A stretch of 64,000 bases of DNA from an uncultured Clostridia bacterium (GTDB lineage Bacteria > Bacillota > Clostridia > UBA1381 > UMGS1253). How positions within the stretch are numbered: position 1 is the stretch's first letter; each line of letters opens with the position of its first letter. Below the pieces are notes generated by a model. It saw nothing but the letters and a program-made list of their open reading frames with translations. It was not told the DNA's origin and ran no database searches. A program made the position numbers and the translations under genes. Below are positions 17,818 to 26,193 of this stretch, in pieces. The stretch covers positions 37,026 to 101,025 of the forward strand of contig CAKSHP010000004.1 of NCBI GenBank assembly GCA_934457145.1, read 5' to 3'.

Positions 17818-18279
17818 TTTTATTGTTTGTTTAATCAGCCTGCATGCAAACTCGCAGTAATGGTTATCTGTTATAATCAGAAATTCATTTTTTGCGCAAA
17901 TAACAAATCTCACGGGAATATCATGGTTTTTTAAAATTGTGAGAACGCTTGTAAACAGCGTGCGGGTCTGGTCTTTAAAAATGTTAAATACCCTGAATTT
18001 CACATTGGTGCAGTTTATGCTAAATGATATTCTGGAGTAAAATTTTTTAAGCATTGTGCTGATTTTTAAAAGCTTATCTATGTCGCATCCCTCAACCGTA
18101 AACGTTAAGCATGCGCCTTTGCTTGAAACGGGCGGGCTTGCAATAATATCAATGCTCACATCGTTTTCGCAAAGCAGATTTATTATATCTGCAAGCACAT
18201 AGCTGTCAGAGGGGAGAAAGGTTATTGTAACTAAAATAATATCTTCTGTGCATGATAAATCCGGGAAGTTTTCTTCCAT
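17815..18279 (-). CDS. Stand-alone tandem ACT-domain protein resembling the aspartokinase regulatory (beta) region
   Basis: 154 aa. The first half, LVTITFLPSDSYVLADIINLLCENDVSIDIIASPPVSSKGACLTFTVEGCD, follows the aspartokinase ACT1 pattern (..inVDmI.Q..s..g..disFTv). A second ACT-like half follows. RBS GGTGA. It lies directly downstream of dapB. Confidence 0.55.
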   Translation of the reverse strand: MEENFPDLSCTEDIILVTITFLPSDSYVLADIINLLCENDVSIDIIASPPVSSKGACLTFTVEGCDIDKLLKISTMLKKFYSRISFSINCTNVKFRVFNIFKDQTRTLFTSVLTILKNHDIPVRFVICAKNEFLIITDNHYCEFACRLIKQTIK

Positions 18280-18301
18280 ATATTATCACCGCCGATTTAG
18301 T

Positions 18302-19063
18302 TTACATAATACTTTCAACAAGATTGTTCATATTGTACATACCGGGCTTTTTATCTTTCAGAAACATAGCTGCTTTTACAGCGCCGACAGCAAAGATTTC
18401 CTTTGATGCAGCATGGTGTTTAAGCTCTATAACTTCATCATTGCCGGCAAAGATCACTTCGTGTTCGCCGACGATTGTACCGCCGCGTACAGCGTGAAGT
18501 CCGATTTCGGATTTGCTTCTCTTTTTCCTTGAGGAATGTCTGTCGTATACGTAGCACGGCTTTTCGCTTAGTGTGTCGCTTATTGCGTCTGCAATGGCAA
18601 GCGCCGTTCCGCTCGGTGCGTCAATTTTTTGGTTATGGTGCTTTTCTATTATTTCTATATCAAAGCTGCCCTCCAAAAGCTTTGCCGCGCGTTTTGCAAG
18701 ATCAATTATAAGATTGATTCCAAGGCTCATGTTTGCGCTGAAAAACACAGCTATATCAGATGCCGCATCGTTTAGCATAAGCTTTTGGGCATCCGAAAGT
18801 CCCGTTGTTGCAATCACGGCTCCGAGCTTTTTTTGCTTTGCATAGCATAACAAATCTTCAAGACAATTAGGATGCGAAAAATCGATAATAACATCAGCCG
18901 TCTCGCGGATTTCAAAAGGGGAGGAGTATACAGGATAGCCGTTTGGAGTGTTTTGGTTAATGTCAACTCCGGCAACTATGCATATATCCGGTGTATCTTC
19001 TGCAATTTTGGTTACAACGCGGCCCATTTTTCCGTTACAGCCGTTTAAAATTACTTTTGTCAT
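18302..19063 (-). CDS. dapB: 4-hydroxy-tetrahydrodipicolinate reductase
   Basis: Motifs GCNGKMG and EKHHNQKIDAPSGTA. The ATG at 19063 sits 6 nt after AAGGTGA, and the ORF-track GTG at 19072 overlaps that RBS. Confidence 0.93.
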   Translation of the reverse strand: MTKVILNGCNGKMGRVVTKIAEDTPDICIVAGVDINQNTPNGYPVYSSPFEIRETADVIIDFSHPNCLEDLLCYAKQKKLGAVIATTGLSDAQKLMLNDAASDIAVFFSANMSLGINLIIDLAKRAAKLLEGSFDIEIIEKHHNQKIDAPSGTALAIADAISDTLSEKPCYVYDRHSSRKKRSKSEIGLHAVRGGTIVGEHEVIFAGNDEVIELKHHAASKEIFAVGAVKAAMFLKDKKPGMYNMNNLVESIM

Positions 19064-19081
19064 TTGTATCACCTTTAAAAA

Positions 19082-19978
19082 TTATTTTACAACTTTAAGT
19101 CCGTAATCTTTTAATGCCTGCCTTACTTTTTGTGCGTTAGCTTCTTCAAGGTCGCAAAGCGGCATACGAAGATCGCCGACATTCATTCCGAGCATATTCA
19201 TAGCGTTTTTAATCGGGATGGGGTTCACCTCAATAAACAGCTTGTCGCAAAGATCCATCATATTAAGCTGCATTTTCATTGCTTTTTTAACGTTGCCGCT
19301 TAAATAAGCCTCGCATAAGTCATGCACATCCTCGGGGATTATGTTTGCCACTACCGATATAACGCCCAAACCGCCTACCGACATAGCCGGAACTATCATA
19401 TCGTCGTTACCGGAATAAATTGAAAGCTCGGGAACTTTTGCCGCAACATGGGAAAGATATGCTATATCTCCGCTCGCTTCCTTTATACCGACAATGTTGT
19501 CAATCTTTGCAAGCTTTTGCAGCGTTTCAATTGAAATGCTGAGCTTCGTGCGTCCGGGAACGTTATATAAAATTATAGGCGTTTTAACGCTTTCGGCAAT
19601 TGCCTTATAGTGAAGATATAATCCCTTCTGGCTTGTTTTGTTGTAATAAGGAGTTACAAGCAAAAGTCCGTCCACGCCAACGCTTTCGCAGAATTTGCAA
19701 AGCTCTATTGCGTGCGGAGTGTCGTTTGAGCCGGCGCCCGCAATAACGGGTATTCTTCCTGCGGCTTTTTTTGCAGTGTATTCAACAGCTGCCTTGTGCT
19801 CGGGATCGGGCATTGTAGACGCTTCGCCCGTTGTTCCGCAAATAACAATGCAGTCTGTTTTGTGAGCAATATGATATTCGATAAGCTCGCCGAGCTTATC
19901 ATAGTCAACTCCGTCTTTTGTAAAGGGTGTGATTATTGCAACACCGGAACCGGTAAAAACTATTGGCTTCTTTTCCAT
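19082..19978 (-). CDS. dapA: 4-hydroxy-tetrahydrodipicolinate synthase
   Basis: 298 aa with CGTTGE and the Schiff-base Lys context IVGIKEASGD. RBS AAAGGAGAG. Confidence 0.95.
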   Translation of the reverse strand: MEKKPIVFTGSGVAIITPFTKDGVDYDKLGELIEYHIAHKTDCIVICGTTGEASTMPDPEHKAAVEYTAKKAAGRIPVIAGAGSNDTPHAIELCKFCESVGVDGLLLVTPYYNKTSQKGLYLHYKAIAESVKTPIILYNVPGRTKLSISIETLQKLAKIDNIVGIKEASGDIAYLSHVAAKVPELSIYSGNDDMIVPAMSVGGLGVISVVANIIPEDVHDLCEAYLSGNVKKAMKMQLNMMDLCDKLFIEVNPIPIKNAMNMLGMNVGDLRMPLCDLEEANAQKVRQALKDYGLKVVK

Positions 19979-20047
19979 AATAGTACGCTCTCCTTTATTT
20001 TTTGAATTAAAAAATGTCTTATTATATAATATGCATTTAATATGCTA

Positions 20048-22225
20048 TTAGTTATCATTTATAACAACTTTAAATGTGTTGTCTGTATTTTTGCTCAGCT
20101 TCTGATAGGATGTGTTTGTTTTTCCGTCTTTTTTAACGGTAATTTTATATTCTCCGTAAAAACCGCGAAGCAAAAACTTGCCGCTTTCGTTCGTTTTGCC
20201 GCTTTCGTTTGTCCAGAGCGTGTCAAACACGGTTTTAATATATGCCGCGCCCGACGGTTTTAAGGTGTAGTCTTTATAAAAGAGCGGCGCATCGTTTTCC
20301 CAGTGCGCAGAGTCTGTAAAGCCCCACATCATAAACCCTTTTACGTTCGGACGGCTGTAGCAGGCAAGAATTATGTCTTTTGTAAAATCCGCCTGTAGCT
20401 CTTTGTCCGGACACTGAAAATCAAATTCCGTGATTTTAATGTCACAGCCGAGAGCCGAGTAGTAGTCTAACAGCTCTGTAAAATCGCTCATATCTGCCGC
20501 AGTGTTAAAGTGGCACTGAAGTCCTATGCCTTCTATCGGCGCGCCAAGCTGTTTTGCATGTTTAACAAAATCATAAAACTTTTGCGCATTCGGTGATTTT
20601 ATTGTAGTGACCGTGTTTTCGTTAAGATACAAAACGGCGTTCGGATCGGCCTTTTTTGCTTCCTTAAACCATTTTACAAGCGTCATATCGCCTAAAACGT
20701 CACGCATGTAACGGTTTTGCAAAACTTCGTTTGCAACATCCCAATCGCTCACTTTTCCGAGCGTTGCAGATCCGATATTTTTTATATGCAAAAGCGTTTC
20801 GCCCTCCATTTTCTGAGGATTGGAGGCTTTATAGCCGTTAAAGCTTTCGGGAAGCTTATCTTCTCTGTCCCAAACCATTGTATGAGCGCGCAAATCCTTA
20901 AATCCCATTTTGTTAAGATTGTCAAGCGCGTCTAACGCTCTTTGGGGATTTGCCTGAAAGTTCGGGCGTTTTAGTGCATTTTCCAAAACAGCGCTGTTAA
21001 AAAACAGAGAAAGATATTTTTTATAGTCATCATATTTTTCGTCTGAAGAATTAATATAATCCGCCTTAACCGCCGTTCCGAAATCAAATTCATGATTTGT
21101 CATTTCGACCGTTACCTCAGCGTCGGGTATCGGGTTTGAATTTGAATCGGTAACCGAAATAACCATATCAGACTTGCGGTTTTTTTCAATATCCGCCATA
21201 ACCGATTTTCGCCAGTCGGAGCTTTCTTCTCTTCCTTCGTATGAAGATGAGCATGACGGAAGATCCGAAAAGGAAAGATTGTTGTATCGGGTAAGCGCAA
21301 AATCTTTTATTTCAATATTTTGTTTTAAGTATCCCAGACGGATGTTAAACTGCGATTTGCCTTTTTCAAAATCCATTGTGACATTATAGGGAAGGTAGAT
21401 TGTGTTCCATTTTCCGTCGGGTACAATCGGATATTCCTGTGACACAGCTTTTTTATAGCTGCCGGAGTTTTGCTCATGAACAAGTCCGATACGCGCCTTG
21501 CTGTCCTCGCAGGAAAGCGCGCGAACTTTAAAAGAGCAAAGCATTATATCGCCCTTTTTAAAGCTGAAGTCTTTTAGTGTAAAGCAAAACTGACAATTAT
21601 ACGGATTTTCAAAGTTTTCGCTTACATCGGCGAAAGCAATACCGTTTTTAAAAGAATATGAAACACCGTTTGAGCGAATGGAGCATGATTTAAAGCTGTC
21701 GCTTGTTAAAATGCTTTCTCCGCCGGATAAAAGCGCAAACTTTTCATCGGCTGATTTTTCGTTTTGAGCGCCGGAAGGTTCGGTGTTTATAATAACTTGT
21801 TTTAAACTGGCATCATAGCTTACATCTGCGTCAAACGATTCTGCCACAAATCTTAGCGGAACAAAGGTCTGATTTTCTTTAAGCAGTGCAGGTTTTGTTA
21901 ATAAAACTTCCTTATTATTCTTTTTTGCAAAACTGTTTCCGATTTGAAGCTCAATCATATCGGAGTTTTTAGTTGCAATAACGCTGTTTGTTTTGCCGTA
22001 CCAAAAAACCTGAGCTCCGAGCGCACTGAAAATATCGCGCAGCGGAACAAGCGTGGTGTCTTCTGAAATAAACGGCTTCTCTGCGGTAAACTGTATGGGT
22101 TTTGAATTTATAATTACCGTCGGAGAAATGCTTTTTAAATCGTTTTTATCATTGGCAAAACCGCATACCGGTAAAAGCATGATTATAAAACTTAAAAGAA
22201 AAAGTGTTAAAATGCGTTTTTGCAT
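20048..22225 (-). CDS. Secreted GH10-like glycoside hydrolase (xylanase family) with an N-terminal copper-amine-oxidase-N-like stalk and a CBM-like module
   Basis: 725 aa with a signal peptide. Stalk motif VPLRFVAESFDADVSYD. GH10 signatures: LRAHTMVW, WDVANE (acid/base Glu), IKITEFD (nucleophile Glu) and GFMMWGFTDSAHW. Confidence 0.8.
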   Translation of the reverse strand: MQKRILTLFLLSFIIMLLPVCGFANDKNDLKSISPTVIINSKPIQFTAEKPFISEDTTLVPLRDIFSALGAQVFWYGKTNSVIATKNSDMIELQIGNSFAKKNNKEVLLTKPALLKENQTFVPLRFVAESFDADVSYDASLKQVIINTEPSGAQNEKSADEKFALLSGGESILTSDSFKSCSIRSNGVSYSFKNGIAFADVSENFENPYNCQFCFTLKDFSFKKGDIMLCSFKVRALSCEDSKARIGLVHEQNSGSYKKAVSQEYPIVPDGKWNTIYLPYNVTMDFEKGKSQFNIRLGYLKQNIEIKDFALTRYNNLSFSDLPSCSSSYEGREESSDWRKSVMADIEKNRKSDMVISVTDSNSNPIPDAEVTVEMTNHEFDFGTAVKADYINSSDEKYDDYKKYLSLFFNSAVLENALKRPNFQANPQRALDALDNLNKMGFKDLRAHTMVWDREDKLPESFNGYKASNPQKMEGETLLHIKNIGSATLGKVSDWDVANEVLQNRYMRDVLGDMTLVKWFKEAKKADPNAVLYLNENTVTTIKSPNAQKFYDFVKHAKQLGAPIEGIGLQCHFNTAADMSDFTELLDYYSALGCDIKITEFDFQCPDKELQADFTKDIILACYSRPNVKGFMMWGFTDSAHWENDAPLFYKDYTLKPSGAAYIKTVFDTLWTNESGKTNESGKFLLRGFYGEYKITVKKDGKTNTSYQKLSKNTDNTFKVVINDN

Positions 22226-22252
22226 AATAGCATAAATTCCTTTCAGAAAGTA

Positions 22253-23335
22253 TTAATCAAGATAACCCTTTGCTGCCAGAAGCTCTGCCATTAAAACAGC
22301 GCCGCCGGCAGCGCCGCGGAGCGTGTTGTGCGAAAGGCACACAAACTTTATATCATAAACCTTGTCTTCTCTTAATCTGCCGACAGACACTGCCATTCCG
22401 TTTTCAAGATTGCGGTCAAGCTTTGCCTGAGGACGGTTGTTTTCTTCAAAATAATGCAAAAACTGCTTCGGAGCCGAAGGAAGCCCGAGTTTTTGCGGTT
22501 CGCCCGAAAATGCGCTCCAGTCGGCTTTTATCTGCTCAATTGAAGGCTTATTTTCAAAACGAACAAAAACTGCCGCCGTGTGTCCGTCCGAAACGGGAAC
22601 GCGCAGACACTGAGCCGTGATGGAAGGGGAGGAGGCGTCAACTATTTTGCCGCCTTCTATTTTGCCCCAGATTTTCATCGGCTCAACTTCGCTTTTTTCT
22701 TCTTCACCGCCGATATAAGGAATAACATTATCTAAAATTTCAGGGAAAGTTTTAAAGGTTTTGCCGGCACCCGAGATTGCCTGGTATGTGCAGGCAACAA
22801 CCTCTTTTATGCCGTATTTTAAAAGCGGATGAAGCGCAGGAACATAACTTTGAAGCGAGCAGTTTGATTTAACTGCTATAAAGCCGCGCTTTGTGCCAAG
22901 ACGCTTTCTTTGCGAGTCTATAATTTCGGCATGACCGGGATTTATTTCGGGAATAATCATCGGCACATCGTCTGTATGACGGTGCGCTGAGTTGTTTGAA
23001 ATAACGGGACACTCAAGCTTTGCATAGGCTTCTTCAAGCGCGCGGATTTCGTCTTTTTTCATATCTACCGCGCAAAAAACAAAGTCAACTTCCTTTGCTA
23101 TTTTTTCTTTGTCGGCAACGGCGTCCAAAACAACCATGTCTTTTATGTTTTCCGGAATATCTTCGCTCATTGCCCATCTTGAGCCGACCGCTTCTTTATA
23201 TGTTTTATTTGCGCTTCTTTGAGAAGCTGCAAGCATTTTCACATGAAACCAGGGATGATTGTTTAAAAGCGTTATAAATCTTTGACCGACCATTCCCGTT
23301 GCGCCTATAACAGCGACGTTAAAACTTTTTTCCAT
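22253..23335 (-). CDS. asd: Aspartate-semialdehyde dehydrogenase
   Basis: 361 aa counted from MEKSFNVAVIGATGMVGQRF. Has an active-site Cys in KSNCSLQ and LSHNTLRGAAGG. The 110-codon upstream extension in the ORF track covers the lysine riboswitch and is not coding. Confidence 0.92.
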   Translation of the reverse strand: MEKSFNVAVIGATGMVGQRFITLLNNHPWFHVKMLAASQRSANKTYKEAVGSRWAMSEDIPENIKDMVVLDAVADKEKIAKEVDFVFCAVDMKKDEIRALEEAYAKLECPVISNNSAHRHTDDVPMIIPEINPGHAEIIDSQRKRLGTKRGFIAVKSNCSLQSYVPALHPLLKYGIKEVVACTYQAISGAGKTFKTFPEILDNVIPYIGGEEEKSEVEPMKIWGKIEGGKIVDASSPSITAQCLRVPVSDGHTAAVFVRFENKPSIEQIKADWSAFSGEPQKLGLPSAPKQFLHYFEENNRPQAKLDRNLENGMAVSVGRLREDKVYDIKFVCLSHNTLRGAAGGAVLMAELLAAKGYLD

Positions 23336-23384
23336 AAATATATACCCCCAAAAATAATTTAAAAATAAAATACACTGCCGGCAT

Positions 23385-23670
23385 AAAAAAAGCAACGACA
23401 TAAAAACCAAAACTCGGTTTAGAAAAGCCGTTGCATATTTTCCATATGTGTATAGCATTCGTATACAAATAAATTGCAATAGCTCTCCACTGCCGGAAAA
23501 ACAAATTAGCTCTCCACCAACCAACGCAGTGACAGACACACGGCTGTTAATCCGTATATCCAGACACAAAACCCGCGGAAAATTTTGTTCTTCGGCGATT
23601 TTTCCTTTCGCACAGCGTAATTGACCACCGCAAGCCTGATACTGCATTACTGATAAAAACCGCACCTCTA
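23385..23670 (-). promoter_or_regulatory. Lysine riboswitch (L-box) with terminator-type expression platform
   Basis: The minus strand reads TAGAGGTGCG...CAGTAATGC...GCGAAAGGAAAAATCGCCGAAG...TCTGG...ACAGCCGTGTGTCTGTCACTG...GGTGGAGAGCT. These are the conserved L-box blocks as I recall them from B. subtilis lysC and the T. maritima aptamer. A hairpin GCAACG...CGTTGC plus T7 (23385-23434) lies before the asd RBS. Confidence 0.85.
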
Positions 23671-24047
23671 TTTATTAATATAATACCATTAATATAGCTT
23701 TGTGTCAAATATTTTTTTTAAAAACAAATATTTTTTTCGTTATATTTATTTAAAAGAAAAAAAGGGTATTAAAATTAACTAAAAAATAAAACTCTAAATA
23801 CATACGATTGTAGAAAATATCGGAATTTATGTGTTATAAAATTTAACAAAACGGGAAAGCATATATATGAAAGCAATGATAAAAAGATGCTTTTGCGTCC
23901 GTCCGGGGCAGATTGCGATTTTAAAGCTGAAAATTTTTGAAATCAAAAAGGCGGCGCGCGAAAATCTTCTTTTTTTTGTGCTGTGCAAAAGAAGACTTTT
24001 ATTTATCAGTGTTTATGCCGGTGCACAGCGGCGGAAAGGAGATTTTT

Positions 24048-25064
24048 ATGAATTATAAAAAAATAAAAACGTCAACAGTTTGTTTTGAAAATCCGCCGCT
24101 TATATTAAACAGCGCCGCTGTTGCGGGGACAAAAGAGGGCAAAGGCCCTTTAAAAAACTGCTATGATATGATTGCAGATGATGATTTGTGCGGTGAAAAA
24201 ACATGGGAAAAAGCAGAAAGCAGACTCCAAAAATATGCGCTCTCGGCAGTTTTAAAAAAAGCAAATATGTCGGAAAAACAAATTGATTATATATTTGCGG
24301 GCGACTTATTAAATCAGTGCTGCGGAACACACTATGCGCAAAAGGAAAGCAATATATCATTTTTCGGACTGTACGGAGCGTGTTCGACAATGGCGCAAAG
24401 CCTGATACTTTCGGCAATGGCTGTGGACGGCGGATTTGCAAAATACTGCATTGCGCAAACGTCAAGCCATTTTTGCTCATCTGAAAAGCAATACAGATTT
24501 CCTTTAGAATACGGCGGACAAAGACCGCCCACGTCTCAGTGGACGGTGACCGGTTCGGGAGCGGCAATCGTGAGCGAAAACGGCGCGGGAAACTGCATAA
24601 CTTATGCAACTGTCGGAAAAATTATTGATTTGGGAATAAACGATGCAAACAATATGGGAGCGGCAATGGCTCCCGCAGCGGCGGATACAATTGTGACTCA
24701 TTTTAACGACACTGGAAGAACTCCCGATTACTATGACTTGATTTTAACGGGCGATCTTGCAAAGGTGGGCAGCGATATAACCAAAAGTCTTGTTTTGCAA
24801 AACGGATATGATATTTCAAAAAATTATGACGATTGCGGAAATCTGGTTTTTTATAAAGAAAAACAGGACGTTCACTCGGGCGCAAGCGGCTGCGGTTGCA
24901 GCGCAATAGTTTTGTGTTCGTATATTTTAAACCGCATGAATATGGGAGAGTTAAAAAGGGTGCTCTTTGTTGGAACGGGAGCGCTTATGAGTCCTTTAAA
25001 TCTTTTGCAGGGCGACAGCATACCGGCTATTGCCCATGCGGTGAGTATAGAGAAAATATGTTAA
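24048..25064 (+). CDS. spoVAD: Stage V sporulation protein AD
   Basis: 338 aa from the ATG at 24048 (RBS GGAAAGGAG). It looks like a thiolase-like protein, with the typical N-terminus FENPPLILNSAAVAGTKEGKGPL. The upstream ORF-track extension lacks an RBS. Confidence 0.85.
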   Translation: MNYKKIKTSTVCFENPPLILNSAAVAGTKEGKGPLKNCYDMIADDDLCGEKTWEKAESRLQKYALSAVLKKANMSEKQIDYIFAGDLLNQCCGTHYAQKESNISFFGLYGACSTMAQSLILSAMAVDGGFAKYCIAQTSSHFCSSEKQYRFPLEYGGQRPPTSQWTVTGSGAAIVSENGAGNCITYATVGKIIDLGINDANNMGAAMAPAAADTIVTHFNDTGRTPDYYDLILTGDLAKVGSDITKSLVLQNGYDISKNYDDCGNLVFYKEKQDVHSGASGCGCSAIVLCSYILNRMNMGELKRVLFVGTGALMSPLNLLQGDSIPAIAHAVSIEKIC

Positions 25065-25081
25065 GCCGGAGGGTGTGAAAA

Positions 25082-25444
25082 ATGGATTTTTTTATGTATG
25101 TTAAGGCTTTTGCCGTAGGAGGAGCTATATGCGTTATAGGTCAGATTTTAATTGATTTAACAAAGCTTACTCCCGCAAGAATATTGGTTTGCTTTGTGTC
25201 GGCCGGAGTTATTTTAACGGTGTGCGGAGTTTATGAATATATAGCAGACTTTGCGGGTGCCGGGGCAACCGTTCCGATTGTCGGCTTTGGCTACACTTTG
25301 GGAAAGGGCGTTGTAAAGGGATTGCAGCAAAGCGGCATTTTGGGAGTGTTTACGGGCGGAGTGAGCGCAGCGGCGGGCGGTATTGCAGCGTCTGTAATTT
25401 TCGGATATATAATAGCTTTGATGTTCAGTCCGAAAGCAAAATAA
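25082..25444 (+). CDS. spoVAE: Stage V sporulation protein AE (SpoVAEB type)
   Basis: 120 aa. Motifs AFAVGGAICVIGQ, DFAGAGATVPIVGFG and the C-terminal FSPKAK match the SpoVAEB pattern rather than SpoVAC. Confidence 0.85.
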   Translation: MDFFMYVKAFAVGGAICVIGQILIDLTKLTPARILVCFVSAGVILTVCGVYEYIADFAGAGATVPIVGFGYTLGKGVVKGLQQSGILGVFTGGVSAAAGGIAASVIFGYIIALMFSPKAK

Positions 25445-25482
25445 TTAAATAAAGTATGAAAAGTACGAAAAGTTTTAAAGGG

Positions 25483-25520
25483 GCGCAAACAGTTTTATTT
25501 TGCTGTTTGCGCGCTTTTTT
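25483..25520 (+). terminator. Rho-independent terminator after spoVAE
   Basis: GCGCAAACAG ... CTGTTTGCGC followed by GCTTTTTTG. Confidence 0.85.
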
Positions 25521-25649
25521 GCATATAGATTTTGCATGCATATAAAGAAGAAATATAAAAAATATTAAAAAATTTTCTTATTTGATTGATTTTTCTTATT
25601 ATTTAATGTATAATATTATACTGTAGGTAAAAAATTAAAAAATTGGAGT

Positions 25650-26168
25650 GTGGATATGGTAAATAATATTATCAGCTTTTTTCAAAACAGCTGTCCGCCC
25701 TGGCTTTGCATTTTTATTATTTCAATGATACCTATTGTTGAGCTGAGAGGCGCAATTCCGGTTGCAATGCTCGCTATGGGGATGCCGTGGTACAGTGCGT
25801 TTCTGATTGCGGTTGCGGGAAATATTATACCGATACCGTTTATAATCTGGTTTATAAGACCTGTATTTAACTGGATGAAAAAGTTTAAATTTTTTAAAGG
25901 TATTGTAGCGTGGCAGGAAAGAAAAATTGAAAAAGGCGCAGATAAGGTTATTAAAAACGTAAGGCTCGGGCTTTTTGCATTTGTTGCGGTTCCGCTGCCG
26001 GGAACAGGTGCATGGACGGGTTCCATGATAGCAAGTTTTTTAAATTTAAACAATAAAAAAGCCTTTTTGCCGGTTGCATGCGGAGTTATCATGGCAGGAG
26101 TTTTGATAACGGCAATCTGTATGCTTATTTTAAGCGGCGTAAAGGGACTTGAATGGATGATAGGATAA
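25650..26168 (+). CDS. Small membrane protein, putative small multidrug export-like (COG2426-like)
   Basis: 172 aa with 4-5 TM helices and the motif [13 protein letters not shown]. The family assignment is from memory only. The ATG at 25656 is an alternative start. Confidence 0.5.
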   Translation: MDMVNNIISFFQNSCPPWLCIFIISMIPIVELRGAIPVAMLAMGMPWYSAFLIAVAGNIIPIPFIIWFIRPVFNWMKKFKFFKGIVAWQERKIEKGADKVIKNVRLGLFAFVAVPLPGTGAWTGSMIASFLNLNNKKAFLPVACGVIMAGVLITAICMLILSGVKGLEWMIG

Positions 26169-26193
26169 AATAAAGAAAAGGGGAATAATACAA

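Noticed and set aside
20178-20213. An 18-bp tandem duplication inside the GH10-like gene, encoding TNESGK TNESGK.
   Set aside because: It is an in-frame, two-copy micro-duplication near the C-terminal domain with no regulatory context. It is noted only as a polymorphism-prone site.
23336-23665. The N-terminal 110-codon extension of the asd ORF (the ORF track gives 470 aa).
   Set aside because: This segment contains the conserved L-box blocks and a terminator. The real asd N-terminus (MEKSFNVAVIGATGMVGQ) starts at 23335.
23867-24047. The 63-aa ORF (23867-24058) and the 37-codon upstream extension of spoVAD (from 23937); also considered as a possible spoVAC remnant.
   Set aside because: There is no similarity to the SpoVAC pattern and no RBS. 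The strong RBS GGAAAGGAG sits right before the ATG at 24048.
26169-26193. A possible SAM (S-box) riboswitch upstream of metK. T-boxes upstream of leuS, pheA and aroF were also considered.
   Set aside because: Only 25 nt precede metK. leuS overlaps rsfS. No T-box (GGGTGGTACCGCG-like) or S-box conserved blocks were seen in any of these leaders.
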